A DNA stretch of 64,000 bases from Selaginella moellendorffii (GCF_000143415.4 NW_003314363.1:124001-188000), one strand, 5' to 3'; counted from the stretch's first letter, positions 34,148 through 47,900 are shown. Made by a program: numbers and translations. The notes: generated by a model from the sequence alone, not told the origin.

Positions 34148-37100
34148 CTGTCTATAGGTGATAGGCTGTGCTGAATTTCAACTTGGTGCGATACTGTTTT
34201 AGGAGTGTCCTCCAGAACCTACTGGTGAAGATCTTATCTTGATCTGAGATAATCTCTTCTGGCCTTCCCCGCACTCGAACCACTTGTTCGAAGAACAGCT
34301 TCACCACACCTTCCGCATCCATTTCCATTGTGGTGGGTATGAAATGTGCCATCTTCGAAAATCGATCCACCACCACGAATATCGTATCAAACCCCTCGCT
34401 TGGGGGGAGTCCCGTGATGAAGTCCATCGTAAGACATTTCCACGAACGATCTGGAATTGGGATGCTTTGTAACAAGCCCCCACTAGCTTTAGTCACGGCT
34501 TTGACCTGCTGACATGTTGGGCATGTCTTTACATAGTCTTGGACGTCCTTAGCCATATCTGGCCAGTGGTACTTCCTCTTGAGTAAGCCCATTGTCTTGG
34601 GCACTCCACCGTGTCCCGCAAGAGGTCCGTCATGACACTCTTCTAAGGCTACGTTCCTTAGTTTCCCTTCTGGAACATACACCCTCGTTTGCTTGTAATA
34701 TATGAGTCCATTGCGTTTTGCATAGCCCGTTTTCTCTTCCGTTGGCAGCTTACCTCTTTGGTGAGCTTCCTGCGCCTCTAGATTCCTCAGCAACACTTCT
34801 TGTGCTAAACCATCGTTCTTATATGTAGTCCGCACATCATCCCAAAAGGTTGTTGTCATACTGGATATCGCCAACTTCAAGCTCGCTTTTCGACTTAGCA
34901 CATCTGCCACGATGGTGCTCTTCCCAAACTTGTATAGAATCTTGCAATCAAACTTAGCCAAAGCCAAATCAAACTTTGGCCCACCGACCTTGTTTTCCCT
35001 TCAGGTCGGGCTGTGACAAGAAGTGTTTCGTTGCCACATTGTCCGTGTAAACTTTGAAGTGTCTCCTAAGGTAGTGTTGCCACTCCTTGAGTGCCTTGAC
35101 CACCGCAAACAATTCCTTCTCATGGGCAGACCACTTCCGTTGAGCTTTGTCCAACTTCTTCGAGAAGAATGCTACTGGATGGTTGTCTTGCTTCAAAACT
35201 GCACCCAATGCAAAGTCTGAAGCATCTGTTTCTACCTCAAAGTCCTTACCAAAGTCTGGTAACGCCAACACGGAAGCCTTCCTCAACTTCCCCTTGAGGT
35301 AGACGAATGCCACTTTGCATTCCGCTGTCCATACCATCTTCCCTTTAAGGGCAAGGCTACTCTCGAATAGTGTCTGATAAACTTTCAATAGTAGTTGCAT
35401 AGCCCTAAGAATGCCCTTAACTCGTGTACATTCGATGGTTGCTCCCAATCCTAGATCGCTTGGACCTTCTCAGGGTCCACCTTGAGCCCGTCCTTGCCCA
35501 CCACATGCCCAAGAAACTTTACCTCTTGTTGGGCAAAGTCACATTTGCTCTCTTTAGCATACAGCTGGTGTTCCCTTAGTTTCTCAAACACCTTCGTCAA
35601 GTGTTTGGCATGCTCCTCTAGTGTTTTGCTATAGATTAGGATGTCGTCAATATAGACGACCACAAAGTGATCCAGATAGGGTACAAAGATATGGTTCATC
35701 AACGCCGAAAATGTTGCCAACGCATTACATAGCCCGAAGGGCATCACCAGAAACTCGAAGCTCCCATACCTCGTTCGACAGGTTGTCTTCTCGACATCTT
35801 CCTCTGCTACCCTGATCTGATAGTATCCTAACCTTAGGTCAATCCTCGAAAAGTATTTTGCCTTTCCCAACCTATCGAACAAGTCTTCAATCCTTGGCAA
35901 AGGGTACTTGTTCTTCTTTGTATACTTGTTGAGCAACCGATAGTCTATGCACATGTGAATAGATCCATCTTTCTTTTTCACAAATAGCACCGGCGCCCCA
36001 TACGGCGACTTGCTCAACTTAACATACCCTTTGTCCACCAACTCTTCTAGTTGGCGCTTAAGCTCCGCGAGTTTTTTTTCGTTCAAACGATAGGGGGGGA
36101 CAAACCACCGCCTCAGCACCCTCGACCAGCTCAATCTTATGCTCTATCGGTCGTGCGGGGGGCAATCCCGCCGGTAGCTCCTCTGGCATGGTATCCTGGA
36201 ATTGGTCCAAGACCCGCTGGATCACTAAAGGTACTTCTTCTGTTCCTGTCTTTTTATCACTTCTCACCGAGAGTAAGCACAAAAATGCAACCTTGGTCCC
36301 TTTAGTGAGTTGTCCTCTCGTGAACACCAGGTTTAGGCACGAATCTTTGGCCTTGCATTGCACTACCTTTAGATCTTGGGCTTCCACCCTGGATCTTCTT
36401 CCTTGGGCATTCGCCAGTACCACAAGGTTCCTACCTTGTCCATGTAGGGCTACCATGAACCGATTGAACCAATCCATCCCGAAGATCACGTCAAATCCCG
36501 CCATGTCCAACACGGTGAAATCCATGTGTACTTTCCAAGTCCCTAATTTGACTCTCGTTTGTCAAAGTACCTCATCGGTGCTTTGGCTACCTTGAACAAA
36601 CTCTATAGTCTTTGGTTCGCCCAGCCACTGCACCGTTAGTCCAGCTTGCTAGACTATGTCTGCAGCCACAAAATTATCCGAAGCACTCGTGTTAATAAGG
36701 ATCTTAACAAAGCTACCTCCGAGCTTCCCTCGGAGGTTAGTAGATGTCGCGAACGACTCTCTACCAAAGTTGCTTATGTAATGAGGAACTTTGAGCTAGG
36801 GACTGGATCACATACCTCAATTTGGACTTCACCCGACTTAATGACTATATTGGCTCTGGCCTTCTTCGGGTAGGGACATTCCTTCGTAAAATGTCCCGTT
36901 TCACCGGAGTTGTAGCATACGTTGTTTCCCACGCTGCTAAATGACTTGACCTTCTTATCCGTGGGTTTGTCTCTTTTTGCTTGACTCCCCCACGTACTTG
37001 CTCGCTGGCCACCGAATTTGCCTTTTTGGAACCCTGAGGACTCATTCTTAGAGAAACTCTTCTTGAATTTCCCTTTGCTATATGTTCCCCTTGGTTTGGC

Positions 37101-40100
37101 CCCTTTGCTAAACGTGGACCCTAACCCCGTCATGTTCCCCTTTCGTAGGTTGTTGTTGAAATGCACCTTGATAGCCGCATCCAACGCTTCTTTGTAATTG
37201 GTCGGGTTCCAACGCATCACCTCACCGCGAGCCTAGGGTTGCAAGCTTGATATGAAAGCATGGAACGCATCAATATCCCCTATATCCGTGACCAGTATCC
37301 TCTTTGCCATAAATCCATTCACATACTCTTGAATGGTTCTGGTCTACTTCAGCCTACTCAACTCATCCCTTAGGTGCAGAGTGGCATTTGGAGGAACGTA
37401 TGTCGCACGGATCCTCGCCTTCATCATTTCCCAAGTGGCCATCAGTCCTTTGTTAGCCTCCGTTGTTTTCCACAAAGACTTGGCATTATCTGCCAAGTAT
37501 AGTTTTGCACATGGGACCTTCTCCGAGCTTGGTAACCGCAACGCTCAGAAGTAGTCCTCCATATCATAAAACCAATCTTCCACCACCTTATAGTCATTCA
37601 CTCCCTTGAAGACCGGTGGGGGCTTTGGTTTGTACTTGGGAACAGCTTGAGGGATTGATTCCATTTCGGTCTATTCGACCTTGTTTGGTTCTGCCTTAGT
37701 CCCTACCGAAGGGTCCGCACCTTCTGCGCTGCCAGCATCCGCAATCTTTCGCTTTTTCTTCCGCTTCTCATCATGCTTTAGTTTGCGTACAAGAGTCTTC
37801 AACAGGGCATTGGTCTGTGCCAACTTTCCTTCTAGAACGTCCAATCAAGCCTTGGAAGACCGAACCTCACCACCAGACTCTTGTTTAGAAGTTTCCTCAC
37901 TGGAGTCCTCCTCATGCAAGGATTCCTCATCCATAGCCTCTTGTTCGACCAGAGGCTCCAGCTCGGGTAGAGGTTCTGTCTTTGCCTTGGTTCGTTTAGG
38001 CCCGCCTTTCCCATCTCCCAGCAATCCGCCTCTATCCTTCACTAGAACTAAAGAAAACGCTCCGATACCAAATTGTAAACCACAAGTTTTTCCTTTCCAA
38101 TTTGCTAGCTTACCTCGTCTATCCGTTCAACACTGCCTTGGCTTTTGCTAAGTTCCCTCACCAAGGTTCCCACTTATGGTACCAGCTCCTACTTGGTCCT
38201 ACTTGGTTTCAGCTACTCACTGCACAAGCAACAAAGTGTTAGCCATCCATCCACGGATTCTCAAATCTCTCCCAATCCCCTCCCCAGGTTAGACTGAACT
38301 TAAGGTTCGGTTACACTCCCCGCAAGCACAAGCAGCCAAGCACACCAAGCTTCCAGGTTCCTAACATCCCTTAGTACCACAAGACTTGATCATGGGACCC
38401 TTTAAATCCCAAGTCTTGGGTGCAACACTTGCTTCGGGATGCGGGGGTGAAACATTGTGGCCTAACAGCCCGGTATGGGTACCTCTACCCCCCCACATCC
38501 ATCCCGAAGGCCCAAGCCCCTCGGAAGGGCGAGGACCAATGAGCCACAAGGTACTCAAGTGGGGCACCACTCCACATGAGCCGGGAGCACCGCAATCGGT
38601 TTCCCTTTCGAGAGTGGGAGCTGCTCTTGAGCACTTCCTTGGATGGCCCCTCCGGCACCAACCAAGTTCATGCTCACTCCCACCCAAGGCCCTTTGGTCC
38701 CAGTCTCAACCTCAAGTCAATTTGGAAGCCCCATTGGAGAGTTCCTTCAAAACTGGTTCCTAGACCTCACTATCCCTACTATACTTTTGGAACCCCCTGC
38801 AGCCCCCCCCCCCCCCCCCCCCCTAGAAATTCGCACGAGTTTGCGGCTTGCGACCCCTTGACTTCCGTGGTCGTGAGCCGGACTTGGTCTCGGGCTCAAT
38901 CTCAGACTCGATCTTAGACTTGACTTCGGATTCAGTCTCGAACTCGATCTCGAACTCGATCTCGGACCCGATCTCGGACTCGACTTCAGACTCGACTTCG
39001 GACTCGATCTCGGACCCGATCTCGGACTCGACTTCAAACTCGACTTCGGACTCGAACTCAGACCCGATTCTCGGATCTCGGACTCGATCTTGAACTCAGT
39101 CTCGAACTCGGCCTCCGAGTCGGCCTCGAACTCGATTCCGGACTCTATCTCGAACTTGGTCTTAGAGTCGGTCTTAGACTCGATCTCAGACTCAGTCCCA
39201 TCCAATGAACTCTTTGTCATTTTGGTCATGCTTTCTGGGATTCTTTAGCCTACAACACCTCGAGGAGTTGGTTCCTTACAGTGACCTCCCGGGAAGTCCA
39301 AATTTAGGAGCTTATAGGTAAACTAGAAGTTGGACCAAGATGCGGTTTTGTATCCATAAGGAATACTTGCCGGATGATCTTGGTCTAAGACTTCGTGCGG
39401 AGTTATGATGGTTAAAGTAGCGAGAGGACCTCATGCATTACGTTAATGCGTTTGCTCAGAAGCACATTATGATTGCAAATATGAGTGACAAAGATTCTCA
39501 AAGTTATTTCTTGATAGGTTTAAGTTCACTTTCTTGTAATGAGATTTTGAAGTTTAAGCCTAAGACGTACTTGGAGTGTAAGGAGGCAGCACAGCAAGTT
39601 GCCTTTAGTCACTCGCTCATGGAACAATATCAGCAGCCGTATGTTGACACCTCGAACAAGAATAAGAATTCTATGAATAAACAAGGTGATTGGAAACAGA
39701 GGGTGGAAGGTAGGTTCCGCCTTGAAGGCTCACAAGCAACAGTTAACAAAGATGGTGGTGGTTGGAGACCACCAGCAGCTTCTTCTAGTCCTAGGCCCTC
39801 TATTCCTCCTCCTGGTGGATACAAGCAATAGCAACATGCAAAACCTACTCCTAGCGGAACGGGTAGTGTGGGTCATTGCTTCCATTGTGGAGAGTCAAGA
39901 CATAGGTCCTCGGAATGTCCCAACAAGCATAAGATAAAGTCTCGTGTTAATGTCATGAGGGAAGATGGTGGTGGTGAAGCTGAAGGGGTTGACAAGTTGG
40001 TCAATGCAGACTATGAAGAAGAGGAGGTGAGTGACTTTCATTGCTTTCCTCAAGTTTTTCTCACAATCAATGCAAACCTGATCCGTCGATGTATCTAGTA

Positions 40101-41809
40101 GGTTTTGTCCGCAGACACCGAATTCTAGTGATGATTGATATGGGAGCTACGCACAACGTGATATCCAAAGACTTAGTTAAATTGTTAGGATTAAATGCTG
40201 AGCAAATGTCGCCTATGCACTTCTGATTTGTAAAAGGTGGGCAAGTAACTAGAAAGTTTGTGAGTGATGTTCCAATAAAGATATCCAAGTGGAAAGAAAG
40301 AGTGGACTTGGTAGTGTTGAAGATACCAGATTTTCAAATGGTGTTTGGTATGGATTTCTTCAACAAATATGTTAAAGGGATTTATGGTGTTGGACAAAGT
40401 CGTATCACATTGAAGTCAGAAGGACATCCTGATGTGTACTTTCAGTTGCAAAAGCGTTCCTCAAAGGATTGGGATGCTAAGCTCCTAGCTGCAAGAGCCG
40501 CTCAAAAAGTAGTTAAGAAGGGATGTTAGACTTTTTGGGTTCAAATGATGGAAGCTGAGAGTGTTGGTGACTCAATTCGAATTGGCAATGGAGTTGATCC
40601 TGTACCAAAGAAGATATTGGAGTTGTTAGCATGAAATCAAGATATCTTTCTGAACGGGCAAGTTGAACTTGCTCTGGAGTACTACTCTGCCCTGAGAGCT
40701 TGTACCACCATTCAACCCAATGATCGGTACCACCTATGAAAGCTCCATATTAATTGAACATCAAGGAGATGGTTGAAATCAAAAAGCAATTCACAGAGCT
40801 TCTTGACAAAGGTCATATCTGACCAAGCAAGTCACCTTATGGAGCACCGGTCCTTTTTGTTATGAAAAAGGATGGAACCATGAGGATGTGTATTGACTAT
40901 CGGGTAATCAACAAGATCACGGTCAAGAATAGTTATCCTTTGCCTCGCATTGATAACTTGTTTGACCAGCTCTTAAAGGCTAAGTATTTTACACGACTTG
41001 ATTTGCGGTCTGGGTATCATCAGATACGGGTGGCAGATCAAGATGTGGAGAAAACAGCCTTTAAGACTTAGTATGGATCTTATGAGTTCCTTGTCATACC
41101 GTTTGGGTTATGCAATGCCCCGGCAACGTTCAACACTATAATGGATAGAATATTCAGAGATTATCTAGACACATTTGTTGTCCTATATATCGACGATATT
41201 CTAGTCTTTAGTGAAATGTTGGAGGATCATTTGAAACACTTGGAGCTGATGTTTCAAAAGTTCCACGAACACAAACTGTATATTAAGGAAAGTAAATGCG
41301 CTTTTGGACAATTGTGCATAAACTTTCTCGGACATATAGTTGGTGGTGGTGTAATTGAGGTGGATCCAAAAAAGGTGGAAGCGGTGAAGTCTTGGGAAGT
41401 CCTGACCACTGTATCAGATGTTCGTTTCTTTCTCGGTTTGGCGGGATACTATTGCAAGTTTGTCCACAATTTTGTAAAAATTGCTCTTCTATTGACTGAG
41501 TTGACGAAGAGTAGTATTCCGTTTCATTAGACACCAGCTTATCAGCATGTTTTTGTATGGTTGAAGGAGATCTTGACTACGGTTCTTGTTCTCAAGATCC
41601 TAGATCTTAATAAACCCTTCGAAGTGCATTGTGATATATTTGGCTATGCTATTGGTGCCGGATTGGAAGTGCATTGTGATGCATCTAGCTATGCTATTAG
41701 AAATATAAACATTTTATCCATGGATGAAGGTATCCACCATGGGACTGTAGTACGGGTGGATGATTAATTACCTCACATAGAAGACTAAATACCAAATGTA
41801 GCGCACATT

Positions 41810-43841
41810 TATCAATCCCTCTTGTTCAAGTGTTAGTAAATTGAACTTTGCATCTGTACTTGGTTAGACAAGCATAAGGAAGGAATTCGTAAGTGTCTAT
41901 TTAGCCAATCATACTTGGCCCGGCTTGTTAGTTCTCTTTTGCTCTGTCTTGCATTGGCTTGACAAGAACCCTTGCGTATTGAGATTAGTCCCTTAATATT
42001 GTTGGATGATAGTTTATTGTGTTTACCAAACACCCTCGCTATCATGCCCTTTGTGTTAGTCTCATTTCGGTCCCAAATGTTAATTATGGAAAGTGTCTAA
42101 ATTTGCTCATTTGGCATATCTATGGAATGTAGAGATTGTTCTGAACACAATGGTGTTCGTCCCATGTCTAAATTCGCAATCTAATGACATTCCATATTTA
42201 GTAAATTTTGAGTTTATCTCAGAGATTAACTCCTGATACTAAGGGAGGCTTGGGGTGAAAAGCCCAAAGCGTGTATTCCTCAAGGGNNNNNNNNNNNNNN
42301 NNNNNNNNNNNNNNNNNNNNNNNNNNNNNNNNNNNNNNNNNNNNNNNNNNNNNNNNNNNNNNNNNNNNNNNNNNNNNNNNNNNNNNGGTTCCAAATGTAT
42401 AGTAAGGATAGTGGGTAGGTTGAGCAAGGTTGACCAACTTGAGGCATAGTCTAGCTCCCGCTTGCATGGCTGTCCTTATTTTGCGTCTGCCTTGGGTCTA
42501 AGCCCAAGTTCCATTCCATGCTAGCTAGTGGAGTACCCATATCCTTGCGTTAGGCCACCGGTATGTTAAAATAGTGCCAGACTCCGTTTGGCTCTGTTTT
42601 GCATACTGGTCCTGGCATTGGGATGTTGTTGCTCCAAAATTGTTCCAAATCGCTTCAGGCTCCTGTCCCTTCGCTCTTTGGGCTGTATGCTTGATGGTCC
42701 AATTTCGTCACTCCTTGGCTCCATGCTTGGGAGTTTGGCACCATTCCTTCGTTCAGTGGCCCAAGGCTCTGAACCTCGGGTTCCACACCACTGTCCTATG
42801 GACATGTGGCATTTGACATGTGGTATATGACATGTGGCACATGGAAGGTTTAGGTTCCGCTTCGTGGTGTTATCCTATGGTAAATCACCATAGGATAAAA
42901 GGTAAAAACGATGTGCGTTACATTTGGTATTAGAGAATATGTCTCAACAAATACTATTCAATGAGATTGGGCAATTAGTCTCATTGCATATGCAGAGATG
43001 AAAATGATAATCCAAGTGGGTATACATTTGGGTGCAAAGACTTCACAATTATTCCTTAGGTATGGATTTGGTTACCTTTTTGTACTATAATAATGTGAGC
43101 TTGCTCTTGGGCTCATAAGATAGAAACATTAACTCTTCTTTTCATAAAACTAGCATAGTCTACGACTAAATCACTTTTCAAGGAAAAGCTAAAGCTCAAA
43201 ACCCTAAAAAAATAATCTCATCTAGAACACAACTAACTCAAACTTGCCGCTCAATTCATTTGAACGTCAACATAGTTGCTAACTAGCAAATGTGCAAATA
43301 CTAATAACACAAAGCCACAACCAAATCATCAACACTATCTCTATTAAGACTAATGAAACTCAATATCAATTTTAAGGATAAACATCTCATCTCACTTGAA
43401 TCTCAATATCAATAATATCAATGACAAGGCATCACTTCAATACTATCAACACCATAATAAAGCTAAAAGAAAGCAAGAGTGAATCACCACTCAAAACTCT
43501 TTAACAACCAAACTAACCAAAGTTGAAGATATTATATTTAGTATCTGAGATCAATCCTTCAACAATACTCAGGTACATATAACACATCATCAAGGAGTGA
43601 TTCACCACATCCAAGACTTAATGAAATCCAACACCATAAATGAAACACAACCAAATGATATCAACAGAGGTAGAATTAACATACGAATATGGAAAACCTA
43701 TGTAAGTCTAATGACACGATCCTCCGCAACACATCCGGTAAAGCAAGTCTATCACTGCTAAATCTTCATTGAGTGAAGCAAGTGTCAACAGTCCTCAATG
43801 AAGCCTACAAGAAATCACTAGTTGCAAAGTAGCCAACAATC
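41810..43841 (+). mobile_element. Partial LTR (element A-related) plus PBS and non-coding internal sequence (element D, copy 1); contains assembly gap 42287-42386
   Basis: Similar to about 30085-30760. Ends ...GTTACA at 42922, followed by TGGTATTAGAG. Contains 100 N. Confidence 0.75.
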
Positions 43842-44956
43842 TATAAGCGACTAAATTTTCCATTCTACTTTAGTCACTTAACCACACCTCTGACCACTTG
43901 GAGGAGTCTCATTCACAACCTCCATAAGTCCAATCCAGGACTTGGGACTTGCTAGCCCCGAGAATGGCATCCATGCCACTCAACATTTGCACTTGGTCCA
44001 AGTGCTCCACGTGTCCGATCCCCTGACCGACACTCAAAGGTACCACCGACATAGCAGCCCGTTACGCTAAGGCCATGCCCAATCACCTTTGCCACACTGG
44101 TAGTCCAATACCACTTGCATCACCGTCTTGGCTCTCCAAGACTAGGCAAACCATCCGTGAGTGGTCATCTCAGATCCACTCCTTAGCATCCTTAGGATGC
44201 CCACCGACAAGGGGAATAGCCTTCCCCAATATCCCTCTGTCAGTCCCCACTAAGTCCCTTTCTGCCCCTGGCCGTGTTTGCCAACACTGCCACTGGATCG
44301 AGACCCACAGGCCCGACCACTAAGTCCCACGGTCCTCTGGGACTTCCTCACCACACGACTGTGTCCTTGGTCACTACCCTAGAGGACTGCTCCTCTTCCT
44401 TTCCACAGTCTAGGCCTTTGGGACAACATTTCGGAACACCGTGGCCTTACGCGAGCCACCTGGGTACTCTCCTCGCCTTCTGCCCTTGGGTGCTCTAGCC
44501 ATGGGCTTAGAGCGGGTTCCGTTGAGCCACACCAGGTATCCAAGTAGGTAGTGCTACCCACACTTGGACTGGGAGCATCGGCCAGTCGATCTCCCGGGGG
44601 AAACTAGAGCTGGCTCTTGAACACTTCACCAAGCTACCCCGCTTGTCGGTCTGTGTTCACTCTAGTCTTGGACTTCCCAGTGGGCAGCTCATCACCCAAC
44701 ACTGGGTCCGGCCTTCCTGGGCCAAACTGGCCTTTCCTAGCCAAACTGGCTCCACTGCAGTCCTCCCCCTACTATACTTTTGGAGCTCACCAAACCCCCC
44801 AGGGTCTGGGAGACGAACGCTTTGGGCTTTCACCCTCTCAGGCTCCGGACTCGGACTCGGACTCGGACTCGGACTCGGACTTGGACTCGGATTCGGACTC
44901 GGACTCGGGCTCGGGCTCGGTCTCGGCCTCGGCCTCGGTCTCGGTCTCGGTTCCGA

Positions 44957-44994
<38 letters not shown>

Positions 44995-47900
44995 CCGGTC
45001 TCGGTCTCAACTTCGGACTCCATCTCGGACTCCATCTCGGACTCCATCTCGGGTCCATCTCGGGTCCATCTCAGACTCCATCTCGGACTCCATCTCGGGT
45101 CCATCTCGGACTCCATCTCGGACTCCATTTCGGGTCCATCTCGGGTCCACCTCGGACTCCATCTCGGACTCCATCTCGGACTCCATCTCGGGTCTATCTC
45201 GGACTCCACTTCGGACTCCAACTCGGGTCCATCTCGGACTCCACTTCGGACTCCAACTCGGGTCCATCTCGGACTCCACTTCGGACTCAAACTCGGGTCC
45301 ATCTCGGACTCCACTTCGGACTCCAACTCGAGTCCATCTCGGACACTCCCACGTGTCATGTGTTGGTCCTTTTGGGTCCCTTTTTGGAGCCTCGCCTTTT
45401 GCTCGCTTCGTGCTCGTTCCTCGAGCACTTCATTGGGAGTTCCACTCCTGCTCTTGACTTTTCAAGTCGGAGCTTTTGGTCCAAACGTGTTATGCTCGTT
45501 TGGCTCTCGCTTCGGCCACTACCATGTGGCGCCCTTCCGGCTCCACTTTGGGGCCTAGGGATTTTTTGTCTCACAACTCCACCACCCATAGACGAAGTTC
45601 GATGTCCTCATGGAATGGTGAACCATTTTATAAAGTAACACCCGCATGTGTTACCATTTCTATCCTTGGCGCGTAGCCAATATTTGTCAATGGTGTGACA
45701 TTGAAGGTTCACCATGCCTTTTGCATATCCTTTAAGGAGGGTAGTCTCTCCAACTTAGAGACTGATTGGACCACATATAGTGGTTCTCTCCTTTTATTGG
45801 TTTAGTTCTCGCTAAACCTCTTAGAGACCCTTCTCTAAATCAATCCCACTACTCCTTCTCGAGTAGTCTCAATTTCCATCGATATAACCTTTGCACTTTG
45901 GAACTTTGAATTTTGACTTCTTGGAGTCAATTTCCTAGGTGTCTTCGACACCTTGCCTTGCACCTTTTGTGCAACTCCACTTCCCATCCTAGGAAGTTCT
46001 CTACTCGAGGGCACCATCATCCTCTCTTCTATTTCGTGCCAAAGTTCCAGTTATCATACTTTGTGCTAGGGTTGTTCATGGCCCTATCATTTGGCTACCT
46101 TACCGCTCCCTCCCTTGGAGCTTCCACTTTCGCCAAATCGGAGCATTTCGGAATCCTTCCTTGGAAACACACTTCCTTTCCCGCAACTTGTTAGCGTCCA
46201 ACACATTAATGTTCCTCACCTAACTTTGTCACTTGGATTCCTTCCAAGGGATTCCACGGCCCTATCTTGGCCACTCATCTTTTGCTCCTATCCGTTGATT
46301 GTTGCACCAAGCAACATCGAATCTCTACTTCCCTCCTTGAGGTATTGTTTCGGTTCCATAGCAAAGACTCTTATTTGCCAAGTCCGGAGGATGTTCACCC
46401 CTAGTACGTCTCTTTAGCATCTTCTGCTATGGGCTCTATCCACGGCCCAACTTCGTGACCCTCCCATGGGTCTTTTATAGAGACTACTTTCCTCGGACTC
46501 ACTATGCCATCGCACGGACATAGTTTATTTCCCTTAGGTGCTCTTCCCACTTGGTCATCACGACCAAGCCACACCACCTTAAACAGTTCAATTTCAACAT
46601 TTTGAACCAGGAACTTCATTCCTTAGCCAACCAAGGACCTTGTCCTTATCTGGCCATAAGATCACCTAGTGATCTCACCTTGGCACCTTAACAGAGTTGC
46701 CAAGAGGTACTTGGTCTTCTAGACCTCCAAGTTGTTGACTATAACCCCGGGGGCATCCCCCACACTTGGCGGTGCACCCAAGCCAGCCCTTACGGCCAAG
46801 GGTTCATAGCAACTGAGATTAGGTGTCCCCATCTCACTCACCACGACTTTGGTGCCACTTGCACCAAAGCGTTCAAGTTAGATATGCTGAGCTTTCACAC
46901 TAAGCAATCTAACCGTGCATCACGACTCCGAGGCATCCCTCGCTTGGCGGTGTGCCCAAACCAGTCTCCCCACTGAGAGTCCATGACCACCGAAATATGA
47001 GTGTCCTCATATTCCAAACCATCACCACGCCCTAGTGATTTGGGACTCGAACCCAAGCACTAGAGGGTCGGGACTCGAACCCAACCTCCGTATATGCATC
47101 TACGGACGGCATCACACAAGATGCCTGGCGTGACTCCCCACGCCGGTGCACCACCTTATTTTTAAAGCGCGCTACAGATCACAGCTTAGGAACCTAGTTC
47201 CTCCACACTGCCAAGTCCTCTCACTTGACATGTCTGTGATCATGCATGGACTCCTCCATGCTCGGCCCCATGGTCCACCCTTTTTGAAGTTATCACTTTC
47301 AACTAGGGTATTTGTTCCCCCGACGTGCCAATCTCGCTTGGCAAGTCCTTCGACCACTGTAACATGGTTCCTGCATAAGTGTGAAAGTCCTTGATCATCG
47401 ACTTTCGTTCAAAGCCCTCTCTTTGAACACTCGGGAACTACTTCCCTAACCTTGATAGCCTTGCCTCATGGCAAGCTTCAAGACCACGCTTCTGCTGCGC
47501 CACTCTGATTTCGCGCGTTCCATGAACCATTTACACTTGGCCTTTCTAGGTACTAAACTACCTAGAATCGTCTTTGGGAACCTTGAAGGAACTCTGTCCC
47601 TCAGCTTGCTAAGGCCTCCCTTTTTGCAAGCCTTCCAAATGCCACATAGTCTAACATGGACAATTCCATATTTTAGACTCTCCATGGCATCACGGTTGCT
47701 AGCAGCAACACCCTCGAGCCCCCACTTGATTCTCCACTCCCAGCTGGCATAACCAACCTTAGTTATGCCCTTTGATTCCTACGGTTCGGTTCTATCCCCT
47801 TACTTCTTGCTTTTTGGCTTCACACCTTTCCTTTGGTTATTCTCCTCCAGACAAGGAGGATAGCTTTGCACTTTCTATCATGCTTTAGCAAGTATTCTTA

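Larger units (their letters stand above)
31710..39280 (-). mobile_element. Full-length chromovirus (Ty3/gypsy) element C, decayed
   Basis: LTRs 38074-39280 and 31710-32810, perfect TSD GTGAC, PBS TGGTATCGGAGC at about 38059-38070, PPT next to 32811. Domain order gag, protease, RT (YIDDIL), RNase H (ETDASD), integrase (HHCC, DDE), GPY/F, chromodomain (YEVEAIL..VKWKGF..ATWEP). Scattered stops and frameshifts. Confidence 0.95.
31547..39316 (+). mobile_element. Short solo-LTR/TRIM-like insertion B (about 194 bp: 31547-31709 plus 39286-39316) split by element C
   Basis: TGTAAGC...GCTTATA termini and degenerate TSD GATAG/GGTAA. Removing it restores the gag frame of element A. Confidence 0.6.
29978..41700 (+). 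mobile_element. Degenerate Ty3/gypsy element A (5' LTR 29978-30889, PBS, gag, protease, RT, partial RNase H), truncated and hosting nested insertions
   Basis: TG...CA LTR followed by TGGTATTAGAG. gag KPPNF..LEDWVYDMENYF resumes in frame at 39317. CFHCGESRHRSSEC zinc knuckle, IDMGA protease, RT LYIDDIL. Many stops. Confidence 0.85.

Noticed and set aside
44617-45638. Long Ser/Asp/Arg/Gly-Leu ORFs on both strands (also 50405-51463, 32487-32759, 38747-39229)
   Set aside because: By-products of stop-free hexamer minisatellites within LTRs.
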